64,000 bases of DNA, from positions 28,920,937 through 28,984,936 of the forward strand of contig JAHRHZ010000062.1 of NCBI GenBank assembly GCA_024137785.1, in the 5' to 3' direction. This DNA is from Ginglymostoma cirratum (taxonomy: Eukaryota). A program made the position numbers and the translations under genes. The notes under the pieces are model-generated. The model had not been told where the DNA came from and did not search any database. It was given only the letters and a program-made list of their open reading frames with translations. Below are positions 39,146 to 53,373 of this stretch, piece by piece (position 1 is the stretch's first letter; each line of letters opens with the position of its first letter).

Positions 39146-40677
39146 TTACCACAGCCACAATTTATCACTGCATGCTCAAAATGTAAAATATAACAGACAT
39201 TAAATAGACAGCAAAACATTTTTGGAACATGGTTTTTTTAAAAATATTTTTGTCTTACTGCATTTGTCACTAATTAGATAAAGCCTATTGAACACTCAAT
39301 GTTCTACGAAGTAAACATAAAACCTGGTATGGGTGCACAGCATTTAGAACAGATGGCCCCAGGTTCAATTCTTGTTCAGTGTTGGATTAACTGATCTCTT
39401 AACAAAACATCTTAGTAACAGTCTTAACAATTAGAGGGGAATATGAACCTAGAGTTTCCACTCATGATCACTAACCATTTTATCCAATCACACCGGTGAT
39501 GTGGATAATGAACAAGGTCAAGATTTGACTCAGCAGCACTAGCTTTTACAGGCAAACAGTGTAACTAACTTCATCACCTTAAGTTCATATGTAAAGAAGA
39601 GCCACTTCTCAAGATAAGAGAAAGATGATGACTTGCAACAAAGCACAGCAACAATCATCACCCTTGAAACTGATGGGAAGAAAAGCACAACAGGATTGGC
39701 AAAAACAGAAGAGACATATAGACATCAACTTTTCCAACAAGGTTCAAAACTCAATGGTCTGGTTCTTCTAAGAAGCTGTTCTTCTAAGAAGCAGCAATCA
39801 TTTTTGAAATGCAGTTCCACTCAAACGTTCCACAAAGTCGACGCTGTTCAGCAGTTCATGTTGGATGTTTCACACCCTGCCATCCCAATAATGACTATCT
39901 GGGTTCTGTCGGAATGCAGTAGAGTCAGAGAAGTCGAAACACTTTACAGCAATAGCTGCAATATGCTAAGCTTAAATGTCCTGCCTGAATATTAGGAAAT
40001 GGGTGAGTGGATGAACAAGTGAATGGGTCCAGGAGCAAGGTGCATGTGTCAGTGGGTAGTTGGGTGCTGGGATATTGTCAGGTCTAGTTATAGGAGTCGT
40101 GGGATGGTAGTGTGGATAGTTGGATTCTGTTGGGGATTAGTCAGTGTGTTAAATGTGCTAGTTGTGTAATTTTGCGGGGTGGAGAGTAAGTTTTTGGCAA
40201 TTGGGAGAGGCGGTAGTTGGGGGTGCAATCACACGGTTGGTCAATGGTGAGTGGTGGGATGGCTGGGGTGTGTAGGTGGATGCCAGTTCTGTAGCTAACA
40301 AGCAGTTAGACTAAACTTTTCATGTCCAACATTTCCTGAGTAACAATTCAGGTACATACATTCAAACCCTCCGAAGTCTCCGACTCAGAGTCAGAAACAA
40401 TTGCAGGCAATCCCACGGACCAGAAGAATTGCCCATAAGTTGAACTTCTTATGCAATATTAATGGAGGTTACCAAGGGGTTCCTAACATGCATGTCCAGT
40501 CTTATGTTCAGCCTCTGCTGATTGGGGCTTGGAAGATTTGAGGCAATGTATGTACTTTGTTCTAATATAACCAACACATTCTCCATTGTTCTGATCTGAC
40601 TTGTAAATATTAAATAAAATTTGATTGCCTTTACGAAATATGGCAAATAAAAGATAGCATGGCTATTTTGTCAATTA

Positions 40678-40902
<225 letters not shown>

Positions 40903-41099
40903 CTAAAAAAAAATTGAAAGAATAAAATTTTAGAATTACATAAAAAAACTCAAAAGTGTAACTACTACAACCATTAGCATTCAAATTTCATACCCTAACA
41001 TCAAGAGTTACCATTACCTCTTAAGACTGCTCGTCTCCAACCTTTAAAGAGGAAAAGGATTTCAATATAACATTTAATTTCAGCAGTTCTAACTTGGCC

Positions 41100-41135
41100 C
41101 TATGTGTGTGTATGTGTATATATATATATATATAT
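41100..41135. repeat. (TG)n/(TA)n microsatellite
   Basis: tatgtgtgtgtatgtgtatatatatatatatatat. Confidence 0.85.
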
Positions 41136-41419
41136 TTTAAAAATGGAGTTACCTTACTCAGAATAAAAGGCCCATATTGCAAATATGGAACATAGCATTC
41201 AGCATAAGTAGGAGATAGGCCAAAATGAAATGCAGGCTTATTATGTGGGAAGATCTTTGTCAAAATTAACCATATTTTCAGGTAAAAACACATTCCTATC
41301 AACTGCAGAATTGAGTAGGCTAATGTTAAAAAACATTTTCGCTACATGAAAATGACTGAGTTGCAAGGAATCAACTGCACCACTGCCTAGAAGAACCTTT
41401 TTTGACATATAACCATACA

Positions 41420-43400
41420 CATTAGAATCAAATGTGGGCCAGTCAGTCCCTCAAGCTTGCTCCACCATTGAATAAGGTCATGGCTGATCTGATTATTCAA
41501 CATTCCCCCCTACTGGTGATAACCTTTCATCCTCTCCTAACCAAGAAACAATCTACCACTGCCTGAAAAAAATACATTCAAAGACTTTGCTTCTAACTCC
41601 ATTTCAGGAAGAGAGTTTCAAATACTCATAACCATCAATAAGAAAAGGTTTGTCCTTAAGCTTGGCAATCGCTTATGCATAAACAGTGATCCCCAGTTCT
41701 AGATTCTTCACATCCACAATGTCAAGACACTTCAGGATTATCTATGTTTCAATTAAGTCAACTTTTACTCTCCTAAACTCCAGCAGATAAAAGTCTAGCC
41801 TGTTAAACAGTTTTCTACGAAACAACCTGTCCTTTCCAGGTATCAGTCTTGTAAATCTTCTCTAGAATGCTTCATTTGCATTTATTTCCTTTCTTAAATT
41901 AGGAAACCAATACTGGGCGCAAATACAAGTACTCTAGATCTGGTCTCACAACGCTCTGTGAAACTGAAGCATAACTTCCCTACTTTTGTATTTGATTGCC
42001 CTTGCAATAAACAATAGCATTCTTTTCTGAGTTACTTGCTCCACTTGCATACTAGGCTTCTGTATTTCACACACTAGAACACCCATATCCCATATCCCTT
42101 GGCATCTCAAAGCTCTGCAATCACTTTTTTAAAAATCTTTTTTATTGTTTATGGGAAAATTAACAATTTCACATCTTCTTTATTGTAGTCTATTTGTCAT
42201 ACCTTTGTCCATTCACTTGTATCCCTTAGTTGTTTCATATTCTCTTCACAACTTATTTCCCTATCTTTATGCCATCAACAATTTAAGATTAGGACAGGTT
42301 TTCCCTTTCAGGGGTATAAGCTGGTTTTGTATTGTGTTCAATATTTCTTTAATATTTCTTTAAACATCCTCCATAGTTCTCCCACTGTTTTACCCACTAG
42401 CAGATTTCCTCAGCACATCATGGACAGTCTCTGTCTCATCTTGTTAAAACTGGCTTTATCTAAATGTAAAACTCAAGTAGCTGAGTTTTAGCTTTTGCTT
42501 TTGGCTTTCAAATGTTGCACTGAACTCAATCAAGTTATGATCACTGTTTCACCAATCTTCATGCACAATTAGGTTACTAATCAAATCCAGCTCATTACTA
42601 AATCAAACATTGTTTGTCCCCTTGTTGCATCCAGGATACACTGCTACAGGAAATTATCCTGGACACACTCCACAAATTTACCACCTATCTGACAGATGCT
42701 TGTCTGCCTCTCCCAATCGACGTAAATTAAAATCCCCCAAGTGGTCCTACTGACTTCGCTACGCACTTGCCTGTTTTATGCGTATGTACAATTTAGTACT
42801 TCACAGCAGCTACCAGGGGCCCATATACTATACCCTATGGAAGTTTCAGATCCATTACTGTTCCGCAGTTGCACCCAATCAATCAATCTCAAATGAATGC
42901 TTTGCCCTCCCTATCACCGAAGTAATTTTGTTTCAAACCAGTAAGGCTAGTTCCTTGCCAATCCTGTAAACCTTATAACCAGCTATATTTAATTCCCAAT
43001 CCCGACCATCCTGCAGCCGTTTCTCAGTAACAGCAACTATATTCAATTTCAATTTTTGCCTGCAGCTCATTTACTTTGTTCCTTATACTCCATGCATTTG
43101 TACATAGAACTCCTATTTTGGGCCATATATTGTATTCTGTCCCTCAGCAATCATGCTTAATGCACATGTTTAATATTTCCCTCTTTAGGTTTAATCAATA
43201 CACTTCTGATAGTTCTGTCATTCCCTGCTATACTTGAAGTAGAATTCGCGACTGTTTCTTTATTCTCTGTCTTGGATTCTGAAACTACATTGACTCCCCC
43301 CAAGCTCTCCCCTCCATTTACTAATTTAAAGTCCTTGAGCCATGGCGTTTAGCCTTTCCACTAGGACATTGTCCCAGATCCATTCAGGTGGAGTTGAATA
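41420..43400 (-). mobile_element. Composite of decayed CR1 fragments (3' end plus endonuclease region)
   Basis: Reverse CR1 tail (ctccaccattgaataaggtcatggctgatctg) and a GDFN remnant (aaattaaaatccccc at about 42725). Confidence 0.7.
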
Positions 43401-44439
43401 TAAGTATTGAAAAGATTAATTAGCTTTTAGAAAATACACCTTATTTATTCTGTCATTGAAATCTGAAATTTGCAAAAATTATAATACACCGAAACTTCCT
43501 GGCCAAGACCTTGCAGTCAACAATAATGTGACAATGTTTACAACAGCTACTCAAAGATCCAAAAATTTCTGTTCATCTAATGATTAAGAATTTCATAAGT
43601 CCTAAAGTTAGTTAAAATTTACAGTATTTTGATTCTTCTGTTCAACTACATGCAGTGACTATCTTTCAGTTTTTAAGCACTTCACAGACAGCGAATGAAA
43701 TAAAGGTTTATATACATACTTGGGATTCAGGCAGAAGCTGACATATCATAATAATAGTCAAAAATAATTTGACTATACATAAAGTTATGAACTGTGCATC
43801 ATAATAGAGAAATCTGACATTCCTCAAGTATAAAGTTAGTTTTTCAGGGCAAAAGTCATTTAGCAATAGTTAACTCAGTTCATCTTACAAGTTCAGTTGT
43901 ACACCATTCAAAACGGCAAAAAAATTTTGGATGGGTTTTATCTGAGATCTGAGGCACAAGAAGAAGAGGTCTACATCAGCGCAAGTGACTTCTTCAGATT
44001 TTAAGCTGCAGGAAATTCAACAGCACATCAGCAGAATAGCAGGGCATCACTGACAAAACTTTTTGGATTTGTGCATTTGATATCAATTGTGCTGATGACA
44101 ATAACTGCTGTCAGTCTTACAGCTGTAATTATGGCAAGCATTGATAGATTTTGCAGTTATAATGGCAAAACAAGGCCTATGCCTTGATTCAGTATTTTTA
44201 AAATCCACTATTCTTAAAATAATTATTGTTAATTGTGGTTAAGTGTTAATGCAGCACCCACAAAGATTAGTCACAAATCTCATGCTGAAAATTACAACTA
44301 TGTAATAACTAAATATAGTCTAACGGTTCAGTTCTTCAGCTCTCCACCCAAATATATAAGGCTGTAATTCGAGCTTTGACTGGATATAGTCAAACGATTG
44401 ACAAATAAAACAAAAACAGGAAACATTTTATAAAAAGGA

Positions 44440-44570
44440 AATTACTGCAGATGCTGGAAATCTGAGACAAGAACAGAAAATGCTGGAGAAACTCAGCAGG
44501 TCTAGCAGCATCTATGAAGAGAAAAATAGTGTTAATGTTTCTAGTCCGATATGACCCCTCATCAGGAAAT
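44440..44570 (-). mobile_element. Penelope-like terminal fragment with a degenerate hammerhead
   Basis: tactgcagatgctggaaatctga...aactcagcaggtctagcagcatc. The - strand reads CTGATGA-GGGGTC-ATATCG-GACTA-GAAACATT. Confidence 0.7.
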
Positions 44571-44739
44571 AGTCGATGTTACATTTGAAGGCCCTATAAT
44601 GATCAAAAATGACGCAAATGAATGTTAGCCGACTGCACTAATTTTAAAGCTACTGAAATTTAAATGCAACAAAGTTGTTTTATAGAACAATGTCATTTCA
44701 AAACAGTAGTACAATCACTTCTCTCATACAAGTCATTGA

Positions 44740-46150
44740 TTTTTTTGTAACTAATTGCGGCCCCAACACTGATCCCAGTGGACTTCATTAATTACACATT
44801 GCATTCCTGAAAATGCCCCCTTAACCCAACTTTGTCTTCTATTAATTACCCAATCCTCTATATATATTAAAGGCTACACCTAATAGCATAGGCTTTTATC
44901 TCATTAAGTAGCCTAATGTGTTGTACCTTATCAAATGCTTTATGGAAATACAAGTGTAATCACTACTCCTTCTTTATCTATCCTACCTTGCTACTTCTTC
45001 AAAGAATTCTAATAAATTTGTCAAGCATGAATTCCTTTTCGTGACATTATGCTTACTCTGGTTATATTGTGTATTTCTAAATGCTCTGCTATTACATGAT
45101 ATATATATGTCATATATATGACTGACTCTAAAATTTTCCTAATAACAGATATTAAGCTAGCTGGTCTATAGTTTACCTGTTTATTTGTCCGCTTCATTTT
45201 TGAAAAAGATACTCACACTAGAAGTTTTCAAATCATCCAGCACTTTTCCAGAATTGACGGATCCTCAGAAGATTACTACCAGAGCATCAACCATCTCTAT
45301 AAAGGTACTTTTTTTAATATTCTGGGGTGTGCCCTCTCAGGTACAGGGGACTATTCAACTTTTAGCCCCATTAGTTTCCTCTTATACTTTCCCTCGAATG
45401 ATACTTCTGGTATTTACTTCCTCAATACCTCCATCACATTTTGCCCTTTTCTTTGGCATGCCATTTGTGTATCCTATCATGAAGATTGACGCAAAGTATT
45501 CATTCAACTCCTCGCTCATTTCCCGGTTCTCCGCTATTATGTCCCCAGTATTATCCTCTAAAGGGTCTATGTTCATTTTGGACTCTCTTCCTTTTCAGAT
45601 ATTTAAAGAAGCTTTTGCTGCCCATCTTGTATTACTTATAAATGTATCCCCAATATTTACTTCCTTCCCTTCTGTTTTTTTATGGCCATCTTGGTTGGTT
45701 TTTAAAACTCTCTCAATTCTCTGGCTTCTCTGTAACTAATTTTTGCCACACTGTCTGTTTTCTCTTTCGTTCTGATACGATCCTTAATTTCACTAGTTGA
45801 CCAGGTTTGGCTTTCTTCCTCAGTAGATAGATCTTTGTTCTGAACCATGAATATTTTGAATATTTTCTTAATGTCTGTCATTGTTCCTCAACCATCTTTG
45901 CTGCTAAACTCCTTTCCAAGTCAACTTCAGTTCATTCTGCCTTCACTCCTTTGTAATTACCTTTATTTAAGTTTAGCACCATTGTTTCTGACCCAAGTTT
46001 CTTCCTATCAAACTGCACATTAAATTCTAACCAGGGTATGGTCTCTGTTTTCTGGGGGATCTTTTACTCTGGAGGTCATTTAATAAGTCTACCTCATTGC
46101 ACATTACCAGTTTCAAAATATCCTAATCCCTACTTTGGATGTGCTGTCAT
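44740..46150 (-). mobile_element. Decayed CR1 ORF2 fragment
   Basis: ORF 45382-45576 (PLEDNTGDIIAENREMSEELNEYFASIF) and an AFDKV remnant near 44930. Confidence 0.8.
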
Positions 46151-46610
46151 CAAAGATTACTGAAGCTGAAATAAATTGACAATTTACACCCCACTGGGAA
46201 AAATACCAGTGCAGAGAAATTAGGGCTCATAGAACCTGGCTCCAGCAATGAAGCTTTGCCTTCAGGAAGGGTGAAGAGAGGAGAAATTGGCCAAAAAAAA
46301 AAACACAACTGGAGGAAAACGTCCACTCTTCCTGCTACAAACAACTGAAGCCTTACACATTAACAAAGCAGACCTCAAACTTATTGCTGGGAAAAACATT
46401 CACTACTGAGTTCCACAGTCTACAAGTATAAAATATTTAACTGGTAAGCTTGAATTTACGATGTAACTGTTCATCAGCAAATATTTTGATTAAAGGCCCT
46501 TACTAATTTGTTACCAGCAAAGTCATGCACACAGTTAAGAATCAAGCATTTAAGTATTTTTAAAATTATATGCCTGCAACATGTAATCAAATAATTATGT
46601 AACCATTTTA

Positions 46611-46835
<225 letters not shown>

Positions 46836-47517
46836 TTAAATTTTGAAACAATTATTTTAATGTCAGTTTCTTAGAAAGTTTGCAGTTTTTGTTTTCCTGT
46901 CATGACTTGTAAAGACTAACATCTAGTACACTTTGTAAACCACAAATTGATCATCTACTATCAAACTGGCTGACTCCAACATCAAAGAATCGTATAATAT
47001 GGGGATAAGTGGGGTGGGAAAGAGTGAAAACGACATTACTAAATAGAGCCCCATATATCATTTGCTTCTAAATCTTCTGACACGTTTTCACCGTTTCCGT
47101 CTTCTAAAAATTTCAAATGAACATTCAACAGAAAGCAACATGGCACTCAGAACAATGGAAGAAGCACGTCCTGCTAATTACTGATGAACATTTATTCCTC
47201 TAAAAGACAGAACACAAATGAAACAGAGGCTGTAGATCTAAGGAGACTATCTTACAAGTTCTGTTAAATATTCCTACACACTAAATGTTTGCAAACTAAA
47301 TTTTTGATTATACAACACATCAAACTGACATGCTAACAAAGCAATCTGAACTTTCATAATTAAGAAAATGGGATGTGACAAAAATTGTGCGTTTTAAAAA
47401 TATATCTGCAGTCATGTTTTTAAATGCTTAAGTAACAGTGAAGCATTGTACATAACAGATGAAAACCACATCAGCATAACAAACAAACAGTACAGATTAA
47501 CTTTGTAACTTTGTCTA

Positions 47518-47685
<168 letters not shown>

Positions 47686-49129
47686 TCAAAATAGTGAAAC
47701 ATGACAAGACAATAGGTGGAGTCAAAAACATATTCTCTCTTTAATTTCCTTTCTCTTTAAAAGGAGCATCTGCCCTATAAAAAGGTTAGGGAAAAAAATC
47801 TCCTTTATTGATAAACTCAAGTGATCATCAGTTATTGCATATCATAATACATCATTGCACTTGCCATCTACCATCTCATATTTTCCCATTAACCCTCAAT
47901 CCCTGTCCTATCCATCATGCTGCTAATACTTTTTGCTTCACCCACCACACTCCCAGCCTCACCTACTTCAAAATCTTTCCCTAGTGCTTCGCTTTGGATA
48001 AAAACAACTCATGCTGAGAAATTTCAAATTAGAGGTATGGTTATACTTGTAATAGTTTGCCCAAACCTTAGTCTTCTTGTAGAAACTATGGTAGAGGGTA
48101 TCAGCAGAATATCCAACCATTAAGGACAGACTAAATTCTGCCCTCAGTGTGATTTTTCCAAATTATCCCCCTTGACCCTTCACCTCAGGCATGCACGTCT
48201 CACATATGTCTGTAAAATGCACTCCTGTTCACTTAAATGTAGTCTATCAATAATGATACATGCTTTGTCTGTCCAGATGGTTTGACTAATTTAAGGAGTG
48301 CATCTATTGTTCCATTTATTTGGCTGATGGTATCTTGTACACAAGGAAAGATATGACATGCATGGAGGACTGGATAACGCACAGGCTGTTGCCAACATTT
48401 GATGGTAGTGACAAGGTTGGTGGAGAGCAACAGCAGAAAAGGTAAGGGTTGTCTGAAGTTACCATATCTAGAAACTATTTCTGGGAGGTTTGGAATGAGA
48501 TTAATAGAAAAGTTAGCTGAAATAGGATACTTATGGAAGGCCAGGGACAGGATGGAAAAAAAGAAATGATATGGGAATGAGATGGCATGAGATGATGGAA
48601 TTGGTAAGGTGTGGTATAAAATTGAAGATTCACTAGATTTGAATGAAAATAAAAACAGAAAAGCTAATTTAAAACAATAAGTACTGACTTTATGGACAAG
48701 GATGATGATAATACTTTGTATCATCCTGGGCTTCTACAATGGGCATGCCACCACTAAATCTCATTCAAGGATGCAGTTATAATGTTGCTGCAACGCCTGT
48801 GTCCTAAGGAAGGTCTTTGTCCAGGAATAAGTTTGATATTTAGATAGACGCCTTCTCCAAGAATAGATGCTGGTTTCAAGGAAATGATATTAAGCTCTTT
48901 AGATGTAATCTTGTAAAACAAAAAAGCAGATCCTAAATAGAATTGCGTATTCTTCTAACAATGGAAAGACTCTTGACAAAACAGATATTCACATTCTTAG
49001 GCCTGTTTTTACACTTGGACAGCTTTACTTAACTTTCTCTAAAGTAAGAAGTCTTCAGTCTGTTGGGAAGTTTTTGGTGAAAGGTCAAGTAATTTGGAAA
49101 ATAGCCACAGACCAATAGGTCTCTCTATC

Positions 49130-49300
49130 AAAGGAAGACAATTGGTTATATATAGTTTGAGGGGCAACACTCTGCAAGCGTGAGGTAAGGTGAGTAGGCA
49201 AGCCTTCATGAACTACCAGTGCCAATACAGAGATTGAACCTGTGCTCTTGATGTCATTCTCCTTCACACTCCAGCTATCTAGGCAATAGAAGTAACTCCT
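49130..49300 (-). mobile_element. Old tRNA-derived SINE remnant
   Basis: The - strand has a B-box-like GGTTCAATCTC followed by ggttcatgaaggcttgcc. Confidence 0.45.
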
Positions 49301-51089
49301 CCCAAACTTGAAAGTGTTTTTGTGAAAGAGAAACTAGAAATCCTACATTTAAGAAGCACTACTACAACAGATATTTACTTGACTATAGATGCTTTGCTAG
49401 TAATATCTCAATATAAGTGGAAAGAAAAATATATTACATTTTAATACTGCAATAGTGTTCAGCACAAACCTGTAAAAAAAAACTGCATTTGCACTACTCA
49501 CGTGGGGGTTAACAGACAATTATGTTTGCATTTTGAAAAATGCACATTTACTTGCAGCAACTAAGGAACATTCTACAAACACCATGTACTGATAATTCTA
49601 TGTAAACTGCACTGGAAAATAAAACTTTCTGACAACTCTACGATGATACAATTACAAATTTTCTTCTACTGCTGTACAATAGAAACATTTTGATTTTAGT
49701 TATGTTATTAGGGGATTTCATCGTTCGCTGGAGGATAATTTTGGAGGTTAGGAGGAGAGCAGATCTTTCTGTCTAAATAAGGTAACTAATTGTAAATCTC
49801 TTGCGCTTTTCTTGCATCAGAAACAAAAGCAGGAAATGACGTGGTTTTATTCATGTTTTTAAAGATTGTTTACATTGTAACAAAGTACAACATGTCAACG
49901 CTAAGTGGCATACACTGGGCACAGGATAACAGATAATTGATTAAAAATCTGCACACAGAATGTCTAAGAAATTGGACTTCCTGTTATTATGGTCTAGTCA
50001 TGTATCTGTGCCAGTCTTATTACTCGGTTACATTTTCCAGAAGTGTCCAAACTAAGGTACTAATTAAAAACAAGGCTATATCTTTCATAATTTGTGCAAT
50101 TAGATTTGTACGATTACATTTACCTACTGAATTGTCTTTTATGCATTTGAATTCCCTCATTAATGTTCTTACATGAAGACCTCAGCCTCTCCTAAAAGCT
50201 TGGCTTGGACTTCATATTTTTTTCCAAAGGTGTGTTTTTCTGCTAACAGAATGAAAATACTAGTTTCAATATGTACATTGTACCTAACTTTCCAGGATAT
50301 ATCAGCACCACTACATCAATTGCACCAATCAAATATATTCCCTGTAAGTCTCAATACTCCATATTCGATTGTTTTGCAGACTTGAGAAAGATTCTTTTTT
50401 GGGTATTATTTGCACCAAGTGCTTTCACTTAAAGAGAACAGAAGTCATGTCAAAGCAAGAAAAAAAAATCACAGAATGGTTATATATCATCTACAGCAGC
50501 TTTTGTTTTCTGCTTTGTAAGCTTTGGGAAGTTCACAGAACCGTGAATGCCTTTTCTCATCTTCAACTTTAAAATGCATAAATCTAAATCCAAAAATATC
50601 ACTTAATAATTAAAATTTTATTTCATTCAAATTTAGACACATTCTATTTGCTCAAGTTTAACAAAGTGACCAATGTCTTTTCTTGTTCCAATCTCATTTT
50701 CATTTGGAGAAAAGAGATAAACCAATGTGAAAGGATGAGAAAAAAGAAGCACACTGAAGCTGAGAAGACCTCTTACCTCTGCGAATGGGTGTGTGGTGGT
50801 GGAGGGACTGTATGGTCAAGGATGAGGCAAATGAACGCAGACCAATGGGGTCGGAGGAGATATAAAAGTGGGAAAGAGAAATAGGTAGAGGGTGTGATGG
50901 GAACCTGAGGAGAGAAATGCTAGGAAAAGGAGAAAGAAAATAAACCAATGATAGCAAAATGTTCCTGGCAACTATAACCAAAAATTGCATCCCGTCATCA
51001 TCCGTGGTGCCCGTCACAACAATACCAAGCAACTCACTACCTTCTATTTCAAAGGAAACGAACCAAGGACAGATGAGACAGTACTAAAT

Positions 51090-51308
51090 AAAAACTGAAA
51101 GAATTGCAGATGTTGTAAATCAGAAACAAACGCAAATTGCTGGAAAAGCTCAGCGGGTCTGGCAACATCTGTGAAAAGAAATCAGAGTTAACATTTTGGG
51201 TCCGGTGTTCAGAGGAAGGGTTACCAGACCTGAAATGTTAACTCTGATTTCTCTTCACAGATGCTGCCAGACCTACTGAGCTTTTCCAGCAATTTCTAAG
51301 TTTGTTAT
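51090..51308. repeat. Palindromic Penelope-derived element with long inverted arms
   Basis: aaattgctggaaaagctcagcgggtctggcaacatctgtgaaaagaaatcagagttaacattt, with its near reverse complement at about 51233-51297. Confidence 0.85.
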
Positions 51309-51760
51309 CGATGAAGCAGTGGCTGAAGACAAGAACATTTGAAAGTGTCTCAAAACTTCTTGTCTGCAGAGGAATCAAGTACATGCTGTAATGTGAAGTG
51401 GCATGAAAAACTGGAAATTATAGCAAATGGTATGATCTTCACTGAAAGACAAATGCTTCTAGACTACTTCAAATGGGTGAAATTATTAGCTATGAAGTGG
51501 GTAGAAACATCAGTATTGCTTTCTATTCCCAACGAGTGTGGATTAATGCATTCGTATAAAATCACCAAAGCGCACTTAGCATTTCAACTTAGCATTATGT
51601 TTTGATCATAATCTATAAAGGCAAAGTTAGTCAGTCTCAGTCATTCAAATCAAGTTAACATGAGGGGGTACAGGATATTTTGATTTCTTAGTGTTCTCTG
51701 TCAAACTTGGATTCCAAACACAGAAGTATGATGTCAAGGTGTCGATCTTGCACTGGGGTG

Positions 51761-51904
51761 GACAAGGTCAGAAGTCACACGTCACCAGGTTATAGTCCAG
51801 GTTTATTTGAAAATCGCCTGACGAAGGGGCAGTGCTCCAAAAGCTTGAGATTTCAAGTAAACCTGTTGGACCTACAATCTGGTGTCATGTGACTTCTGAC
51901 CTTA
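51761..51904. repeat. Second palindromic Penelope-type element with a central hammerhead-like motif
   Basis: aaggtcagaagtcacac...ccaggttatagtcc pairs with ggacctacaatctggtgtcatgtgacttctgacctt. Centre reads CTGACGA-A-GGGGC-AGT-GCTCC-AAAAGCTT. Confidence 0.8.
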
Positions 51905-53253
51905 TAACAACGTAAGATCAGATTCATCTAAAATTTCAACAATTTGACACAATGAAACAGAAATTGGACAGTCAAAAGCAGTCTGTAAGTGTGTAATAGC
52001 CCAAATGAATTTCAGCATTTTGATCATTTTCATCTTATCCTCCCACCCGCAACCCCAAAACAGTGCAAGTATGCTGCTGCCAAAACTAATATCGTCAAGT
52101 TTCAGTTTCATGCAAAACTGTGGGAATTAGGGTAGCCATATTCCCCAAGTGTAGCACCTCTCACTTACAAATTTTAAGGATCATTAGGCCTGTCATTGTC
52201 TGCTGTTCAAAAAAGAAGGATCCTAATTTGTTGCAATGATAATCAGCTTGTCATGTTCGAACATGGAAGAGTCCTGAGCATCTACAGCAATTGCAACGCA
52301 GGACAAACTCCAAATATGGCCTGCACAGACTCCCAAACCAGCCTGAACCCACTGCAGAATCTCCACCCTGTACAAACTCCCATCTCCACCCAGCTGTGGG
52401 TTTTGTTCTGCCTCTTGCCTCTTTTCTTCTCGTATTCAGCTTCTCATCTTTAACTTAATGAATAGGTCTAACTGGTCATTGAGCATCTGATCAATGTGAC
52501 GCAAAATAATGACACAGCAAAGGCTGCTGCAGATCGAGAGCAGAAATAACTGCTCATCAACCACCGACCAGATGTTTCCTTCCTATCATCCGTGCTACTC
52601 CTCCAATCTTAAGTGCTGGATCAGCAAGAAGGATAGAGGGGACCAGGTCATTAAAGGAACAGGAGCAATCAGTGCAGAAGAAAGAGAATCTGTGATTGCA
52701 GAAGCAGCTCATGTTCTCAGCTCTTCCAACCTCTGCTCTGCAGGCAATTTCCACTCTCAGCAATTGCCAATTTAGTTGATAGTTTAAGACTTTTTTTAAA
52801 ATAAAATTGGACCCAACCATTGCTGTGAGTAGGAACTGCTGCTTCCCACCTTCGGGCAGCTTTGTGATTTTCCAGCAGGCTTTAAAAAGAATTGTGACCT
52901 CCAAGTCTTCTGCATTGTCAGCAACACTTTTTTTTAAAGCCAGTCTTTCAGAAGGTATGATCAGCAGATGCCAATGGCAGATTTCCAAAACCTCAATGCT
53001 GGAAATCTGTCATTTGGTGAAAATTTCTTATCCCTGCAAGAAAAGGGGACACAGTCAAAAAAACTGATCAATAATGCTAGGGATAAGAAATTGGAGAAGC
53101 AAAAACAGAAGTGCAGATTGAGAAAATGGCACAAAGATACTAAAAGCAAGGACAAGACAAATACTTCTCTTTAATTTGGCATTTGCAATGCTACGTATGA
53201 TAACTTATCCTTAATAAAGGTATGCAGATGTTAGATAAACAGAGGTACGATTA

Positions 53254-53373
<120 letters not shown>

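Noticed and set aside
43500-44177. Possible MITE bounded by GGCC termini
   Set aside because: The inverted-terminal similarity is too weak to support by eye.
45109-45122. Perfect palindrome gtcatatatatgac
   Set aside because: Built on a TA microsatellite inside a CR1 fragment; expected by chance.
45185-45739. 184-aa + strand ORF
   Set aside because: Antisense shadow of a decayed CR1 ORF2.
48233-48724. 163-aa hydrophobic - strand ORF
   Set aside because: Low-complexity translation of a purine-rich, probably TE-derived intronic tract. It is not needed for PDE3B exon phase continuity.
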